DNA from: Eledone cirrhosa
Lineage: Eukaryota
Assembly: GCA_964016885.1 (NCBI GenBank)
Contig: OZ024743.1
Coordinates: 308,946,001-309,010,000, forward strand
DNA length: 64,000 nucleotides
Reading direction: 5' to 3'
Shown one piece after another: positions 60,832-64,000 of the stretch (positions are counted from its first letter, which is position 1; each line of letters starts with the position of its first letter). Made by a program: the position numbers and the translations under genes. The notes under the pieces are model-generated. The model was given only the letters and a program-made list of their open reading frames with translations, made no database searches and was not told where the DNA came from.

Positions 60832-61682
60832 CTCTCATTTCAAAAACAAATATCATCATGGGATGATATCTGCGTTCTCATCAGATAAAATAGGGATACA
60901 TGATATGAAGCTTAAAAAACACTTGTGAATAGTGAAGTTTTAAATCAACATATGGCAAATAAATTAAGATTGATGTATGAGATTGAGAAAAAGTGAGGGG
61001 GGTTGGAAAAGGTAAGGAAGAGGAAGAGATGAGAGTAAAGAATGGTGGGTAGGAGTGAAAGAAGGAAGGATGAGGGAGGAGGAGAGATGGGTGATAGAGA
61101 GAGAGAGATAGCCTTTACAACTGAGAAAAAATATATATATTGTCTCACAGAGAGAAATTAAAAAGCCGTTGGAAGATAATAGATAATTTTAAAGAATTTG
61201 AAATTAAAAGTTAGTGAGGTTTATGCATGAAGAGAAAAAGGAATTAAGAATAATATTAAATTAAGGTTTGTATATTGAAGGGTTTAATAATATGTGCGAG
61301 GAAAAGAAATTATTAATATGTATTATTAAAATAAAAATATTAATGTTATTAAGGATATAATGTGAAAAGAGTAGAAGAATGAATTAGTTATGAATTTAGA
61401 GGAATTAGTTAGGGTTTAAATTTGCTTTTATGTAATGTAATATGTGTACGTAAGTAGCTTGTTTAAAAATGAGCGCAGAAGGCAAAGAAGAAAAGAATGT
61501 TTAAGGAAGAAAATATCTAACATCAAAAAATATATTTGTTTACGAAATATTTTCTAATGGTAATAATATAATATATTAAAAGAAATTAGTTAGGGTTTAA
61601 GTTTGTTTTTATGTAAAAGTCAAATTAAGTATTAGTTTAAAACGAGCATTATTGTGCTACAATAAAACTCTCCTCCTACATT
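60832..61682 (-). mobile_element. Older relative of the 26.7-32.6 kb Naiad 3' UTR, with an inverted tip at the right end
   Basis: 60838-61210 resembles 26730-27060 and includes an HHR at 60838-60890; 61646-61682 matches the + strand tip 32608-32643, then (TA)n. Confidence 0.78.
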
Positions 61683-62032
61683 ATATATATATATATATAT
61701 ACACACATATATATACAAGCACACACATACATATATATATACATATACATATATATATATATACATATATATACACATACACATACATACATACATACAA
61801 ATACACATACATACACACATATATACACACATGCATACGTACTCATATATAAAAGGATACATATGCACACACACAAATAAGAATAAATAATCATAGTAGG
61901 CCGTCACATAGAAATAAGCAAATAAAAAATAAGGATTAAGAAAATAAAAAAATGAAAAAATAAAAAATATTATAAAGTTGACAGCGATACAAGCCGGCAA
62001 ATTTTTAAATAAAAATAAAAATAATAAAAATA

Positions 62033-62168
62033 ATTGTTTCTACATTGGGCACAAGGCCAGCAATTACTGGTACTTTATTTGATCGACCCCATAAGGATGA
62101 AAGGCAAAGTTAACCTCGGCGGGATTTGAACTCAGAATGGCAAGGGCGGTAACTCTATGCGTCAAAGC
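62033..62168 (-). mobile_element. 5'-truncated tRNA-derived SINE
   Basis: Same family as 20339. Confidence 0.85.
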
Positions 62169-62197
62169 AAAAATAATAAAAATAATAATAATAATAA

Positions 62198-64000
62198 TGC
62201 TTTCTTTATTATCCACAAGGGTTTACACAAAGTAGACATTAAGGACAGTACAGGACAATACAGGACAATACAGGACGGTACAAAAGGGCATTTCTACGTG
62301 TAAATGATAGCTGGATCCGTCCTACACGCGACAGCAGGTGTTCGACATAAACTCACAAGTCAGCAATGCTCGGACTCTGGACGAGTGCGTGCAGGACGGT
62401 TCGTCGCCCTGCGCGCATCTCTGACATGCCCGGCTGACGGCACCTCTATGCCTGTAGACTTTATCCCGAACTGGCAAAGCTCCTCGGTCGCACTGCCAGG
62501 ACAGAATTTTGGAAATTGTCCATAGGCCCCGGCCCGAAAGTTCTTCCGAAGAGATTGGCTAGTTGATTTTCGTCGACGCCTAGAGTTTCCCAAAGTACGT
62601 CGTCGCTCTTCCCCTCCACTAATCCTCTATAGAACGCCAAGGTGGAGTTTCCACCGATCACATTGCCCGATTGGTCGAGGGCTGGGAGCGCCTGAAGACA
62701 TTCCAGTCTCCAAGCGCTTCCTCTCGGTCTTCGCTTGACCCAGGACTGCAGCTCCGTCAAGGAGACGAGCTGGGGAAAGACGCGTCTAGCAAACGGCGAC
62801 CACACCTGATCACCGTCGAGGAAGAGGTGGAGATGTCGTAGCCTGAGCGCGTGTCGGCAAATCATCAGCCACGACATTCCCAGCCCTCCACGTAGCGGGT
62901 GTTGACAGCAGATGGACCGCCTGACCATCGGAGCACGTCCCTTCCACAAAAAGCGGAAGAGCAAACACTCCAGCGCAGTCAGGCGGGGCTTAGGACAAGG
63001 TACGTCGGTCAGGCGGTAGTAGATGACGGACGCGATGTACGCGTTAGCCACCTGCGCTCGACCTTTCAGGGATATCTTCCTTTCCGCCCATTTCAGGGTG
63101 AGAGAAGCCAACCTGCTCATCACCTCGTCCCAGTTTTTTTCCGTCTGGAGGTCCGGACCGAACCAGACCCCTAGCAATTTAACCGGTCCGTCCGTCCAGC
63201 GCCCGACGACGCTGTTGGACGGCATGGACCTGCCTTTCCAGGTGCCGAGCTGCAGGCCCACTGACTTTTCCTGGTTGATCATTGCTCCTGTCACCGCTTC
63301 GTATTCTCTTAGTGTAGTGCCGATCGCCTCGATGTGTTTGGCGTTCGACACCACTCCCGTTTTGTTACCAGTTGCAGTACACGTCCGCCAAGAGGCCTCC
63401 GAACACGTCTGGCATCTGTACGTAAAGTTCATAGGGTAGACCACCCAAACCAGGCGATTTACCCCTTGTGCAGCCAGTCATTGCCTCCCGTACTTCAGCT
63501 GCTGTTATCGGCTTTTCGCACCACTCCGCCTCAGTGGCCGAGAGCCGCGGCAGTCCGTCGAGGTAGACACTTAAGTCAATCCCTTGATCCGGCCTGCCGC
63601 TTCCCCCGAACAGCTGTGCGAAGTGTCGCTGAAAAGCTTCACACATTTGCCCGGGATCGAGTAGCATACGCCCGTCGTGGTCCACCAAAGACATGATCGT
63701 GGCTTTGTTACCACGACGCGCCTCCGCCACTCGGGCCTATTGAACGGCTTTCGTCCCCTCGTGTCTGAGAGCACGCACCCTAGCTCTGACAACGCAGCCT
63801 TCGTACTTTGCATTGAAGAATTGGTCAAGGGCCAATTTCGCCGCAAGTACGTCGGTCGCAATGCCTTTGCTAAGCGCCTCGTCTAATTTTCTAACTAGTT
63901 CTCCCTCTGCTCTATTTTTCTCTATTGTTAAAGCCTTACTAAACCTAATGGACTCTATTCTAATCGCTCTTTTCAGAGCAAACCACCACTTGTTGTTGAC
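62198..64000 (-). mobile_element. Tx1/L1-clade LINE with the RT core deleted; runs off the window
   Basis: GKSPG.GGLPYELY, GAMINQEKS, VKLLGVWF, ISLKGRAQVAN and GGLG motifs; the segment between CNW.QNG and VVSNAKH (RT core) is missing; (ATT)n tail. Confidence 0.85.

Overview
Eukaryotic, AT-rich, microsatellite-saturated, almost entirely repeat-derived DNA; no host protein-coding gene could be supported. The mix of SINEs, LINEs and microsatellites looks like a coleoid cephalopod (octopus-like) genome, which is an inference. Contents: three coding Penelope-like elements (PLEs), namely two Naiad-type (one a near-perfect 6-kb head-to-head inverted duplication) and one Neptune-type; four R4/Dong-like RLE LINE copies, all sitting in (TACA)n; RTE, CR1-like, Tx1/L1-like and CRE-like LINE fragments; Helitrons, including one with a PIF1 helicase remnant absent from the ORF track and a nested non-autonomous LTR element; and many tRNA-derived SINEs with TSDs. 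The most notable signal is about 20 type I hammerhead ribozyme (HHR) motifs from many distinct sequence families. Most sit in (TA)n-flanked fold-back insertions with a shared asymmetric design: a long arm with a 40-90 nt tip, a short arm ending at an internal TA, and a turnaround usually at the ribozyme. Coordinates were read by eye and are approximate to within a few to tens of bases.
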